From: the human T2T-CHM13v2.0 reference genome, Homo sapiens | NCBI RefSeq assembly: GCF_009914755.1 | Contig: NC_060935.1 | Strand: one strand, 5' to 3' | DNA length: 64,000 nt | Shown: in pieces, positions 1 through 20,732 of the stretch | How the letters are laid out: every line of letters begins with the position of its first letter | How positions within the stretch are numbered: the first letter of the stretch is position 1 | The notes under the pieces: generated by a model | What the model saw: only the letters and a program-made list of their open reading frames with translations | What the model was told of the DNA's origin: nothing | The model's database searches: none | Position numbers and translations under genes: made by a program

Positions 1-187
1 CTATCAGGTGTTGTTGAGTATCCCCTCTGCTGCTAAACTTCAGGGAATAACTTGTTGGGTACACCTGTCTAGGATTAAACCTGTTTCTTATGAGTCACAG
101 GCACAAAAGCAGGATACCACGACCTACATCTGTGAACCTTTGGAGGACCTCTGCTACCTATTTAAAAGAATCAATATTCAGCCATAA
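1..187 (+). mobile_element. ERV1 pol remnant (integrase C-terminus), provirus A; truncated by window start
   Basis: Frame 2 reads YQVLLSIPSAAKLQGITCWVHLSRIKP...YICEPLEDLCYLFKR then stop; this is the WxHxSRxK tail typical of class I ERV integrases. Confidence 0.88.
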
Positions 188-654
188 GTGGTAACGTGAC
201 GCCGTGGGTGGGAACATTTTTCTCTTCTTCCTGATTGTAATACTTCTTTTCTGTCGCTTTGGGCAACTACCTCCTCCCAGGAAACATCTCTTGTCCTTGT
301 TGGGTGTAGAGGCCACTCTAAGGCCCAAGTGGATACCATGTGCCACTGTTAATCCTGTTGCTCTCCCAATTAACCTAATCCTGTGTAAGTGGGAACAAAA
401 CTTTATAGTAAATATTTCAAAAATTATAGCTTTAGGAAATCATCTTCATGGTTGCTGGATTTGTCATCAACATCCCTAGGATAGAGAATTTCACCTTCTG
501 GCCGATCCAAAAACTCTCTTGGCTAACTCCCTAGCCCTCTTCACCATCCATAGCAATCTCAAAGTACCCAGACCCCGACCATTAGGTGGAAATTTCTGTC
601 GTGCACTTGATGGATTCTACCTGAAATCCCCCACCACTATTGCCTGGACCTGGG

Positions 655-777
655 AAGGCGTGTGTCTAGATCTCCAGGGCACTCATGATTCTATCAAGGC
701 ATGTATCTAGATCTCTAGGGCACTCATGATTCTGTCAAGGCGTGTATCTAGATCTCCAGGGCACTAATGATTCTATC
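655..777 (+). repeat. 3 x 41-bp tandem repeat inside env
   Basis: Unit AAGGCGTGTGTCTAGATCTCCAGGGCACTCATGATTCTATC starts at 655, 696 and 737 with few mismatches. Confidence 0.95.
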
Positions 778-1015
778 TTTTGCAACCACTGTTGTGTTAA
801 TGACACAAAAGTGGAAGTTTCCCCACAATGCTGTGACCCAACTGTAGTTGCCAAGTTCCCAAGGCCACAGCAAGATAAATAAGATTCCACTTGTGAGCAA
901 GGAGACCATATACAGTGCCTTCTCCCAGATCAGAACATACAGAGAAAAAAACAACTGCCTAATCTGGGAAGGTGAGATTACCGCCCCCTTCTGGAAAACA
1001 AGGGCTGACCTAGAG

Positions 1016-2625
1016 GAAGCTTCTCCATCCTTGAATCTACATCTGGTTCGGCCTGCCTACCTCCACTCCTGCCTCCATCGTGTCCATCACGGTGACCCAG
1101 AAGCCCTACAAGGCATCCATCTCTGGCCCCTGGGCCTTCAGCAGCCGCTCCTACACCAGTGGTCCCGGTGCCCACATCAGCTCCTTGAGCTTCTCCCAAG
1201 TGGGCAGCAGCAGCAGCTTCTGGAGTGGCCTAGGCACCAGCATGAGTCTGGGTGGTGGCTATGGTGGGGCAGTGGTATGGGGTGGGGGTGGGCGACACAG
1301 CCATCATGGTGAACCAGAGTCTGCTGAGCCCCCTTAAGCTGGACCTGGACCCCAATATCCAGGCTGTGCATACCCAGGAGAAGGAGCAGATCAAGACCCT
1401 CAACAAGTTTGCCTCCTTCATCGACAAGGTGCAGTTCCTGGAGCAGCAGAACAAATGCTGGAGACTAAGTGGAGCATCCTGCAGCAGCAGAAGACAGCTG
1501 GGAGCAACATGGACAGCGTGTTTGAGAGCCACATCCACAGCCTTGGGCAGCAGCTGGACACTGGGCCAGGAGAAGCTGAAGGTGGAGGCAGATCTTGGCA
1601 ACACGCAGGGGCTGCTGGAAGACTTCAACGATAAGTACCAGGATGAGATCAACGAGTGGACAGAGATGGGGAATGAATTTGCCTTCATCGAGAAGGATGT
1701 GGATGGAGCTTACATGAACAAGGCAGTGCTGGAGTCTCACCTGGAAGGGCTGACTGACAAGATCAACTTCCCCAGAGAGCTGTGTGAAGAGGAGATCTGG
1801 AAGCTGCAGTCCCAGATCTCGGACACGTCTGTGTGCTGTCCATGGACAACAGCCACTCCCTGGACGTGGATGGCATCATCGCGGAGGTCAACGCCCAGTA
1901 CGAGGAGATCGCCCACTGCGGCCAGGCAAGGCTAAGAGTCTGCACCAGGTCAAGGATGAGGAGTTGCAGACACTGGCTGGGAAGCACGGGGATGACCTGC
2001 GTCGCGGGAAGATGGAGAACTCTGAGATGATCCGCAACATCAGCGGGGTCCATGCTGAGATTGAGGGCCTCAGAGGCCATCGCGGATGCTGAGCAGCGTG
2101 GGGAGCTGGTGGAGCTGGAGGCTGCCCTGTAGCAGGCCAAGCAGGACCTGGCGCCGGCCAAGCAGGACCTGGCGCCGCAGCTGCTTAAGTAGACAGCTGA
2201 GCTCGGCCTCCCGGGGCCTCACAAGCCCTGGCCTCAGCTACGGCCTGGGCCCCAGCCTTGACTCTGGCAGGGATTTCAGCTCCTTCAGCCGCACCAGCTC
2301 CTCCAGGACCATGGTTGGGAAGCTGGTGTCCGAGTCCTCTGATGTCCTGCCCAAGCGAACAACTATGGCAGTCCCTCCCAGCCTACCCCCTCTTGCAGCT
2401 GCCCCAGAGCTTGTGGGGGAGGCTGCTGTGCAGGAAAGCGCAGGGAACAGGAGACCCACTTGAGGCTCAGCCCTCCTCCACAGCCCACTTGTGTGGGGTA
2501 ACTCCCTTGCCCATGCCTCCATCACAAAACAATTCCACTGTTTTGTTTTGTTTTGTTTTTTCAAGATAAAGCCTCAGCTAGCTCTGTCAACTGTCAAAAA
2601 GCAAAAAACAAACAAAACCCAGAAA
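1016..2625 (+). pseudogene. KRT8P26: Keratin 8 processed pseudogene
   Basis: Intronless; KRT8 5'UTR-like leader; start codon ATG changed to GTG at 1080 (SITVTQKPYKAS); rod motifs EKEQIKTLNKFASFIDKVQFLEQQNK and [18 protein letters not shown]; tail GKLVSESSDVLPK with stop TGA changed to CGA at 2356; frameshifts; A-rich tail ~2596-2625. Symbol assigned from recalled locus context. Confidence 0.92.
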
Positions 2626-3312
2626 ACCCTACCAGGGTTGTTTGGTCCTCCCCGTTGGAATGGGGGGAGATATCTTGTATCTCCACAGACCCAACTTAGT
2701 GGCTAAAGATAGGCATCACACCTCACAGGGCCTCTATTGCACCCCAAATGGGTTCGTTTTCATTTGTGGTCATAAGTGGGAAGAAGTCACATCCCATAAC
2801 CACTCCTAACTCCCCAGAGGACCTCCTGTTCTTTTAGGAGTAGCTTTCCTTTGTATATCAAAAACTTGGAACAGGGGTGAGTGTATGTTGGCCACCCTTT
2901 GGCCTTCCGGGGGTCACCATATAAAACCCTGTAAGACCGAGGAATACCAGAAATGAATGATCAATAGGATTAATTCTGACATGAACTGGAGTGGCATTAG
3001 AACTAGTGGCCCCCTGGGGTGGCTTTGCCTACCATGAGTTGGCCCTAAAGAACTGACTCAAACCCTGGAATCATTAGCCACCAACACAGGTCAGGCATTA
3101 AAAGGAATTCAGGGATTCCTAGACTCTTTGGCAAATGTAGTTCTTGATAAGAGACTAGCATTGGATTATTTACTAGCTGAACAAGGTGGAGGCTGTGCAG
3201 TTATGAATAAAACCTGGACAGGTTGAGATTAACATTCACACGATCTATCAGCAATCTATCTGGTCACATAGATGCTGGGTCACTGACTCCAGCTATATCT
3301 GCTCGATTATCA

Positions 3313-4015
<703 letters not shown>

Positions 4016-4302
4016 CTGCTTGTTTAACCTCTTAATAAAGTTTGTGTCTTCTAGGTTACAACAGTTCCAGGTAAAGACAATGCTGGCACAAGGTTTCTAA
4101 CCCATCCATCTTCTGACCTAGAGAATGAAAGCATCCTGCCTTTGGGCCGCCTTGGGTCAGGTATCTGGAGATTTTTACTCCTCTAGTGCTATGCAGGGCC
4201 TATTCCCATGAACTCAGCAGGGAGCAGTTACAGAACATGGACCTCCACCCTTTTGCAACCCCTTTCAGATTAAGGAGGAGTATCTGATCTCTGAGGGGAG
4301 AA

Positions 4303-4999
<697 letters not shown>

Positions 5000-5039
5000 C
5001 CTTGAGATACCATAAACATTTTAGGATGGTTATTTAAGA

Positions 5040-6265
<1,226 letters not shown>

Positions 6266-6269
6266 AGAA

Positions 6270-9340
<3,071 letters not shown>

Positions 9341-9342
9341 TG

Positions 9343-9848
9343 TTGTAGAATGCAAAGTATTGTTCCTGGGTGTGTCTGTGAGGGTGTTGCCAAAGGAGAT
9401 TAACATTTGAGTCAGTGGACTGGGAGAAGCAGACCCACCCTTAGTCTGGCGTGGCACCATCTAATCAGCTGCCAGCACAGCTAGATTAAAACAGGCAGAA
9501 GAACATGGAAGGACTTGACTTGCTGAGCCTTCCGGCTTTCATCTTTCTCCCTTGCTGGATGTTTCCTGCCCTCGAACATCAGACTCCAAGTTCTTCAGCT
9601 TTTGGACTCTTGGACTTACACCAGTGGTTTGCAGCTCTCGGGCCTTTGTTCACAGACTGAAGGCTGCACTGTTGGCTTCCCTACTTTTGAGGTTTTGGGT
9701 CTTGGACTGGCTTCCCTGATCCTCAGCTTGCAGACAGCCTATTGTGGGACTTCACCTTGTGATCATGTGAATCATTACTCCTCAATAAACTCCCCTTCAT
9801 ATATACATCTACCCTATTAGTTCTGTCCCTTTAGAGAACTCTAATATA
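9343..9848 (+). mobile_element. MLT2 (HERV-L) LTR, 5'-truncated
   Basis: GCAAAGTATTGTTCCTGGGTGTGTCTGTGAGGGTGTTGCCAAAGGAGATTAACATTTGAGTCAG...AATAAACTCCCC...CTAATATA. Confidence 0.85.
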
Positions 9849-9926
9849 CCTGTCTAACTGAAACTTTGTACCTTTTGAGCAATATCTTTCCATTTCCCAC
9901 TCTCCCATGCCCCTAGCCTCTGGTAA
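9849..9926 (-). mobile_element. L1M 3'UTR fragment (inverted relative to 6270-8723)
   Basis: Reverse complement TTACCAGAGGCTAGGGG...AAAGGTACAAAGTTTCAGTTAGACAGG matches the L1MA/MB 3'UTR as I recall it. Confidence 0.75.
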
Positions 9927-10053
9927 TCTCTGGATACCTGATCTAAGGGGTCCAACAGGATATTTTCATTTTTCAGGTCATAAGATGGGATGGGTTGAAA
10001 CCTTGTGCCAGCATCATCTTTATGTGGAATCTAGAAGACATAAACTTAAGTAG

Positions 10054-10454
<401 letters not shown>

Positions 10455-11589
10455 GAAACAACACCTTTAAGTCTTATAGGAGCTCACAGGTGTAAATCAT
10501 GGTGTCCTCCTCTTATGCCGTCAGGGATTCATAAGAAACAGATTTAATCTTGGACAGGTGTACCCAACTAGTGATTCCCTGAAGTTTAACAGCAGGGAAG
10601 GTACTTAACAATACCTGATAGGGGCTCTTCCATTTGGGTTGTAATTGATCCTCTGGGGATCCTTTTTAACAAAAAGTTTTTTGTAAGACTAGGTGTTCAG
10701 GTTGAACAGAGGAGCTATTTCTTTCCTATGTGGGAAAGGGAAGTACTTTGTTATTATAATTTTTGAAGGGCCTTTGTGCCTAGCCTAAATTCTAAGGGGT
10801 GGCACAGTGAGGCATGTTTGGCCCCCTGTTTCCTGTCATGGTCTGACTTCTTTTTTTTTGAAGGCTTCTTTGGAATTCCCTTTGGCTAAGGGACTTAGAG
10901 TCAAAAGACTTATAGCCAATTAAACATCCTAGGTCAGAAGGAAATGGAGGTGAGCAGGCACTCATTTGCCCTTAAAATCTTTTAAAGCAATATAAGAGTC
11001 AAAAACTAAATGCCAATAATAAGGTTATATGTAAAAAAAAAAAAAACCAGCATAGAATCAAGCTATATTCGGGGAAAACACTGTTTTCGCAGACCTCTAA
11101 GACAAAACATTTTAGTACCAGGGCCCAATAGTCAGAACCAGAGGAAAAAAAGTCACAATGTTGATGAAAAGGTTGATGGAAAGAGCCATCATCCCAGGCC
11201 TTCTTAAAGGGAGAAAGAATTGAAAGTAGTGAGACACAACAACAGTTGAATCTCTGAGACATGAATCCAAGACATTTTAAAATAAACCAGGTAGATTATT
11301 AAAAGCAAAACTTCCTGTAATTTAGCAAATCAATACCTTAAGAAAACCTGTTGCCAATATATAGACCATTCTCTAGAAAGTCTACCACAGTTTTCCTTTA
11401 GTCATAGTCAGCTTAAGCTTAATCATACACAAAATTCCCCTTCACAAACCCCATCATGACCCACATGGACCATCTACAACATGCTTGGACTTTCTGACTT
11501 GTCCTATAGGACCCCTTCCTTAAAGAACTCATCATTTTACTCTAGGATAAGAATTTACTACACAAGATCCCTCCTCATATAAAATAACT

Positions 11590-11652
11590 TTGTATTCTTC
11601 CTTGTATCCTTCTTTATATCCTTCCTTGTATCCTTCTTTGTATTCTTCCTTG
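11590..11652. repeat. 12-bp minisatellite (TTGTATCCTTCY) x ~5
   Basis: Units start at 11590, 11602, 11614, 11626 and 11638. Confidence 0.9.
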
Positions 11653-13991
11653 CAAAAAGTACATCTATCCATAACTTTCTTCATATCTCTCTTTTCTACT
11701 TACTGGTTCCTTCATATTTTGAACCTCTCTTTTAATAACTTCCAAATTAGACAAAAATTATTATTTTTCCCAATAAAAAACACACTTTCTTTGGCTTATT
11801 TTATATAAATCTAAAGAGCAAGAAATTCTGAACTGCTCATCAGACATTGGCACTCTATAGATGAGAACTATTTCACAACTTTAAGATTTTCAACTATACA
11901 TAAGCTCACTGTTTAAAAGCCATCCTAACCATTCTAAAGGCTACAAACATCAGAGGTTCATCTAGGTAAAAATCTTAAAGTTAAATTTTAGAAGACATAA
12001 CATTCCCTTCAAACTAATAAATTTAGACTAGTCTTATTTTTTAATTTATGAATTCTCTTTTATTTATAAGCCAATTTGATAGTATGCTAAACACAACACC
12101 CATCACACAAATGAAGTGACCTACACAAGACAGATGGATCCAAGTTACTTATAAAATTGGGACCTGTCTATCTCAATACATTTTGTTTGCCCAGATACGT
12201 AGGGAAGACAGGAAGAGGCAGAGAAGGGACCCCATAGCATCAAATAAGGAAGGGAGGTGGTAAACCGTGTTGCTCAAGGGGAGGTCTCAGAGTCCTTGAG
12301 CTACCAGAGCATCTAGCAGTGGAGACACCAAAGAAAAATGTTCTGGTGGCCACTTGTCTTCCACTGCAAAAAGCTGTCCATTGGGTCAAGGGTCCAGGAA
12401 TCTGAGTAAATTTACTTGAGCAAGGTGGCTCATTGGGACATATGGAAGAAGGTTAGTTCTAATATTGACGGGGAGCTTTTTCCCTCGTTTGCTGGGGATG
12501 GTTAGGACATTCTCATTGTGAATGGTCCTTTTGCTTATAGTAGGCACATTGATTCTGGACCAGGAGCCAGTGAGTTGGGGGCTCTCATCTGGGCATCCCA
12601 GATGGTGATCTTGTGACACTTTCTCAGGATAGGTAATTCTAAGGTGGCAGGGGACTTAAAGTAACAGCTAACAATTGCACTTTTTGGCTATTTCTTTTCT
12701 TTTTTGAGACAGGGTCTCACTCCAGTTGCCCAGGCTGGAGTTGCAGTGCATTATCTCAGCTTACTGCAGCCTCAACCTCCTGGGCTCAGGTGATTCTCCC
12801 ACCTCAGCCTCCTCAGTATCTAGGACCACAGGCATACACCACCATGCACAGCGAATTTTTTGTATTTTTAGTAGAGACAGAGTTTCATCATGTTGCCTGG
12901 GCTAGAGCTGTTTCTTTTGTCTTTTTTTTTCAACTCTTTTTCCCTGTCCCTATTGTTGTAAATTTTAAAGGCCAAGTTTAAATATTGGCTCATAGGGGTT
13001 TGAGCTTCCATTGTTGCTTTTTGTAGCTTCCTCCTAATGTCAGGGGCAACTTGAGTAATAAAATGCATAACCAGAAGAGTTTGCCTTCTGGGAAGTCTGG
13101 GTCTGCGTTAGTGTATTTCCTGAGTGCCTCAACCAAACAACTTTGAAACAGAGTGGGATTTTCATCTTTTCCCTGAGTTATTTCTCTAACTTTGTCATAA
13201 TTGGCTGGCTTAACTACACACTTTTTCCTCCACTTTTTTTTCCGGCATGGCACAGCAGGGAGACAACAATACTTGCAAGTCACGGCAAGTTAAATTTAAA
13301 AAATTGTCAACCAATTCTTCTATAAACTTTTCTAGATTTTCTGAAAACTGGCCAAATTTTTTGCATAAAGCCAAATCTGACATAGAAAATGGAACATGTA
13401 TTCTAAGTATCACCCCATTTCCATCGGTTACCTCCTACAATGGACACAAGTTTTATTTTAGAGGCTAATATGGGGCCCCACTCCTGGTGGTACTGGTTGG
13501 GCTTACTACCTTGGGAAGTGAGGAATATGGGCTGGGGCTAGTTGGATAAGGGTGCCTGATAAACTTGGGGTGGACTTCCTCAGAACTGGGGGACTGAGGA
13601 GACTCCAGGAAAGATGTAGGCCTTCTAGTGGGAACAGCTAGGAGGGAAACCCTTAGGCATGGCTTCCGGGTTCCTGGGAGTAATATGAGCCAATAAAGGA
13701 CCATAAAAGCCTGTACATAAAGGACCTCCTCCCATTTTCCTTATTTTATATAGAATAAGTCCAATTGTAAAATAGCGTCACAATATATAGAACCAAATCT
13801 ATATATTAGGCCAAATCTCTTGGTTTTCTAATTTGTTTTGGACCCAAGTGGTGCTACAATAGAAAATGAGTTTCTTTTTCTTTAGGTTGAATTTGAATTT
13901 GCTCCAACAGCCTAAAAGACACCCTAGTGGTAAGTCTTCTGGGATGTTCATCATTGTCTCCATGTCTAACAAGGATTTATACTGGACATAG

Positions 13992-14410
<419 letters not shown>

Positions 14411-14854
14411 TAAGCAAGGCATTATGAAAGTGGATTATAGGCATTTTCCAGTGGATGAAGTACGACAAAGAAAGTATTTTTATCAAGCAAAATGTAGAAG
14501 GAAAAGTGTAAATGAAGTGACAAGAAAAGAAAATGCTGTTACAGAAAATAACTTTAACTTTAAGGCAGAAAACAAGAAAAGGCAAGACCGAGATTCCCCT
14601 AGGGTGGGCCTCTATCCCACAATCCTGAGAGACAGTACCAATACCAAAACCCTTGGAGTGCCCAGGGGGCAGCCAGCAGTGAACCTCAAAGGCCTGGTTG
14701 GGGCCACAGAACAACATGACTCTGGTGTCCCAGGGTCAACACAACAGGGGACCTCTCAAAGACAAGTGTTCTGCCTTAAACAACTGCCCAAATAGTTTAT
14801 CAGGGAACTAAAGCAAAAACTACAAATGAAACATACATTTCAGAGAAAAAATTA

Positions 14855-15188
<334 letters not shown>

Positions 15189-15967
15189 TTAAAATAAAAA
15201 ATAAATGAAATGGCAATGGAAAAATGAAAAGATGTTAGGGAAAGGACCGAGAGAAGGAGTGACAAGGACGTAGTTGGTCAGGTATGCCATGGGAGACTTT
15301 GAAATGACAATCTAAGATGCCCAAAGCCTTATTTCCTGGCTTACTCAATATCAAGGGGCAGAGGGGACAGTCACCCATCTGCAGGAGCCAAAATGGACTA
15401 GTCAGTCTCCAACCTGGGGCCTGGGTTAAGGGCTCCTCCCCAAGTTTCCTCAGCTTGAACAGGCTCAGCTACCATGGGGGGTACTGGCGCACAGGCCAGT
15501 GATCTGCTGGTCAGAGTGGTGGGTCCCACACAAGGCAGTGGCTCTGTGGCTGCTCACCTGCCTACTTGGCTCCACTGCCTGCCAGGAAAGGTAATGGCTC
15601 TTAAAAGAGCCTTTGGCTAGTCTTACAGCTCTGCAGCTTGTATTGCTGTAGCACCAATCACCATCTCACCTACTCTCATTCATCGCTGTCTTGCTGCCTC
15701 TCATTGCCTCTCTCTTATTGCTGCCCCTTCCCTGTCCGCCGCCTTGCCAATCTCTGTCTAGCTGATCGCCATTTCTCACTGTCTCTCATCGTCTCACCTC
15801 TCTGCCAATCGTGGATCACCAGTCTCACTGTCAATCACTGTCTCTCACCATCTGTCCACTGATTGCTGCTGTCTCTGCTGTCACATCACTTCTCTGCTGA
15901 TCGCTGGTCACCACTATCTCACTGCCACTTCACCAGTCACCAATAGCTGTCATCTCTGCTGTCTTTG

Positions 15968-15985
15968 TCGTCTTTGTGGTCACCA
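15968..15985 (-). other. Primer-binding site of provirus B (degenerate, tRNA-Arg-like)
   Basis: TGGTGACCACAAAGACGA lies 2 nt after the LTR CA end and resembles TGGCGACCACGAAGGGAC. Confidence 0.65.
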
Positions 15986-15987
15986 GA

Positions 15988-17151
<1,164 letters not shown>

Positions 17152-17531
17152 GAAAGAGCATAGGATTGGCTAATTTGAATAACTCTGGTGGGTTTGGGGG
17201 CATAGGGGCTGTCCCTTGTTGTCTAGCACCTGGCCCTGATTTGATTCAGGGCAGGAGAAATATTGGTTTGGTGATTGAGGGTTACATAAGAAAGTAGTTC
17301 AGAGTATGGGCTCTGGATCACAGGAAAGATGGAAACAACTTTAGCCATTAGTTTGGCCCTTAGGTTAATGGATGCCAAATAGACAAATACAGAATCTAAG
17401 TAATCACAGTACAGTGCTCTGAACCAATGACCTATATGTGATGTTTTTTCTCTTTTGGTCACAATACAACAGTCTAGGAACCAAGGGTTAGAGGTGGGAG
17501 TGGCTTCTCTTACTTATATATAATGACCATC

Positions 17532-18203
<672 letters not shown>

Positions 18204-18312
18204 CCATCTCATTACTTTTCTCAACTCTTATTGAACATAGTTTTGGACTTAGAGAGAACTTGCAAAAGTAGTACAAAGAGTTCTTAAATATTCCTCACCT
18301 GGCTTCTCCTAA

Positions 18313-19929
18313 TGGCAGCGGCAGCCCGTCGGGAGCTGCAGCTGCCAAGATGCAGGCTGCAGCGTGGGAGTCGCAGAGGAGGAGGCACAGCCGGGGCTGT
18401 GTGGCCCAAGGGGCCAGCGGGAGCTGGGAACAGGTGAAAGCCTCACCCCCTGCCGAGTTGGCAGGGCAGGAGCCAGTGCCCCTGGTGCAGCCGCAGCCAC
18501 CCAGCTGCAGCTCCAGACCCCAGCATCCCTGCGCTCTTCAGGGCCCAGGAAGCCTTTTGCCCCCACAGGCTTAAAAGTGCCTGCTCCCGCTCCCTGGCCT
18601 CTCCCCACTCCTGGCACCCGCTCTGGGGTGGAGCAAAGTTGTGGCCCAGCCTGGGTGCTGTTGCAACCCAGCTGGGTGTGTGCACACTCAAGGTGGCATT
18701 GACACGCCAGCCCCCTGCCACCTTGGCCACCTCCAGATTTTGGGCACTGATAAGCATGGGAGGGAGGCCAAGGCGGGGCTGGGTTCGGGCCTGCAGTCTC
18801 CCCTCAGCATGAACAGCCTGGGCACCATGGACAGGACAGCATGTTGATGGTGGCAGGAGGCAGACAGGCTCCTGGGCGGAAAGGGGTGGTCCCGGTGAAA
18901 CCCTACCTTCAAGCCAGAAATGGCCTGAAGCCTGGGAGCTGGGCTGCCAGTTCTGGGTGGAGTCCGAAGTCCTGAGTGAGAATTTACGGTGCTTTTTCCA
19001 GGCCCGCCCATGGCCGTCCATGGGCCAATCAGCACGCACTTCCTCCCTTCTGATCCTATAAATACCCAGGACTCAACCAGACTCCAACCGACTTCGGGAC
19101 TACCAGCAGAGGGAAGCAGCGGCCCACTTCGGGCCTCCTGGACTCTTCAGGATGACCTGTCTGCAGAAAGGAGCTACCCACTGGGGGTCTCTCCTCTGCT
19201 GAGAGCTGGTCACTCGGGGAACAACCTGCCTGTAGAAAGGAGCTACCCATTTCGGGTCTCCTGAGAGCTGTTCTGTCGCTTAGTGAAGCTCCTCTCCACC
19301 TTGCTCACCCTCCAGTTGTCCATGTACTTCATTCTTCCTGGTCACACGACAAGAACTTAGGACCTGCCAAATGGCAGGACTGAAAGAGCTGTAACACAAA
19401 CAGGGCTAAAACACGTCCCTGCCGTATCCCCCAACCCTTGCCATGTTGTGAGAGACGAGGAGAGAAGAGCTGAGGCCCTTCCGGGACCCCAGACCTAGGG
19501 GCTCCCCAAACCAGGGGCTGTGACAGCCTCTTTGGGGCTCTGCAGTTCCTGGCATCTCCAAGCTTCTGGGTGCCACTGTGTTCCCCTCGTCCAGACACGG
19601 GTGCCCGCAGCGGAAGCTGTGTGTATTACATCTGGTCCAGCCGCAGCCTCGCATGGAGCCGGCACCTGTGCTGACACCCAGAGCTGCCTGCCCTGCGGCA
19701 GCGGCCAGTGTGCCTGTTCCGCGCGGTGGCTGGACCCCACACTCGCTGGTTCACACACCCTTGGCTTGGCCCTTGGCAGGTGTAGGATCTGTGCTGGTAG
19801 CACTAGCCAAATGCAGCCTCCCAGGCCGGGTGTGTGGAATAAGCCCAGTGGGTGCAAAACCCAAGGACAGGCGCCGCGGGCCATGGAGGTTTCCAGCTGG
19901 CAAAGCGACACCCTAAGGATACTGTGACA
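18313..19929 (+). mobile_element. MER52-like solo LTR (~1.6 kb, GC-rich)
   Basis: TGGCAGCGGCAGCCCGTC...GGCAAAGCGACACCCTAAGGATACTGTGACA; 4-bp TSD CTAA; CCAAT ~19025 and TATAAA ~19057. Confidence 0.82.
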
Positions 19930-20573
19930 CTAATGTTATCATCTTCCATATCCATAGTCCAATGATCAAAACCAGGAAACCTGCACTGATAAAATAAGAC
20001 TAACTGATCTGTAGTCGTTACTAGAATTTTGCCAGTTTTTCCGTTAATGCCCTTTTTCTGGTACAGGATTGACTCCAGGGTCTCACATTGCGTCTAGTTT
20101 CCGTGCCTTCTAGTCTTCTGTGACAGTTCCTTTGTGATTCTGTGATGACTGTGACTTGAGCACTGACCATTATTTTGTAGAGTATCTCTCCATTAGGATT
20201 TGGTTGATGTCTTCTCCTAATTAGATGGTCGGTATTTCTGGCAAGAATGTCACGTAAGTGCTCTTGCACCCTTCTCAATGCAGCACATTACTGCTCCTAT
20301 TCCTGGTGCTTTGATCACTTGCTTAAAGTTGTGTCTGTCTTCTGTCAGAGTTCTCCACTGTGAAGTTACTAGTCTTTATTTTGTAATCATAAGTGTCTTG
20401 TAGGGAACTATTTTGAGACTATGCAAATAACCTGTTCCTCACCATGCTTTTGCCCACAGATTTGAGCATTGATTCATGATTCTTGCCTGAAACAATTATT
20501 ATTATGGTGTTTCCCTAATGGTGATTTTCTATTTCCATCATTCTTTCTACATTTCTTTTCTTTTTGGAGATAG

Positions 20574-20732
<159 letters not shown>

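Noticed and set aside
655-777. 41-bp repeats as a CRISPR-like array
   Set aside because: The copies are directly adjacent with no spacers, and the context is eukaryotic.
1252-1935. 227-aa ORF as a functional keratin
   Set aside because: It drifts in and out of the KRT8 frame through frameshifts; part of the pseudogene.
15640-15970. Pyrimidine-rich degenerate repeat
   Set aside because: It sits right after the PBS and fits an ERV leader low-complexity tract.
18309-19927. Many overlapping 80-200 aa ORFs
   Set aside because: A by-product of GC-rich LTR sequence; no recognisable protein motifs.
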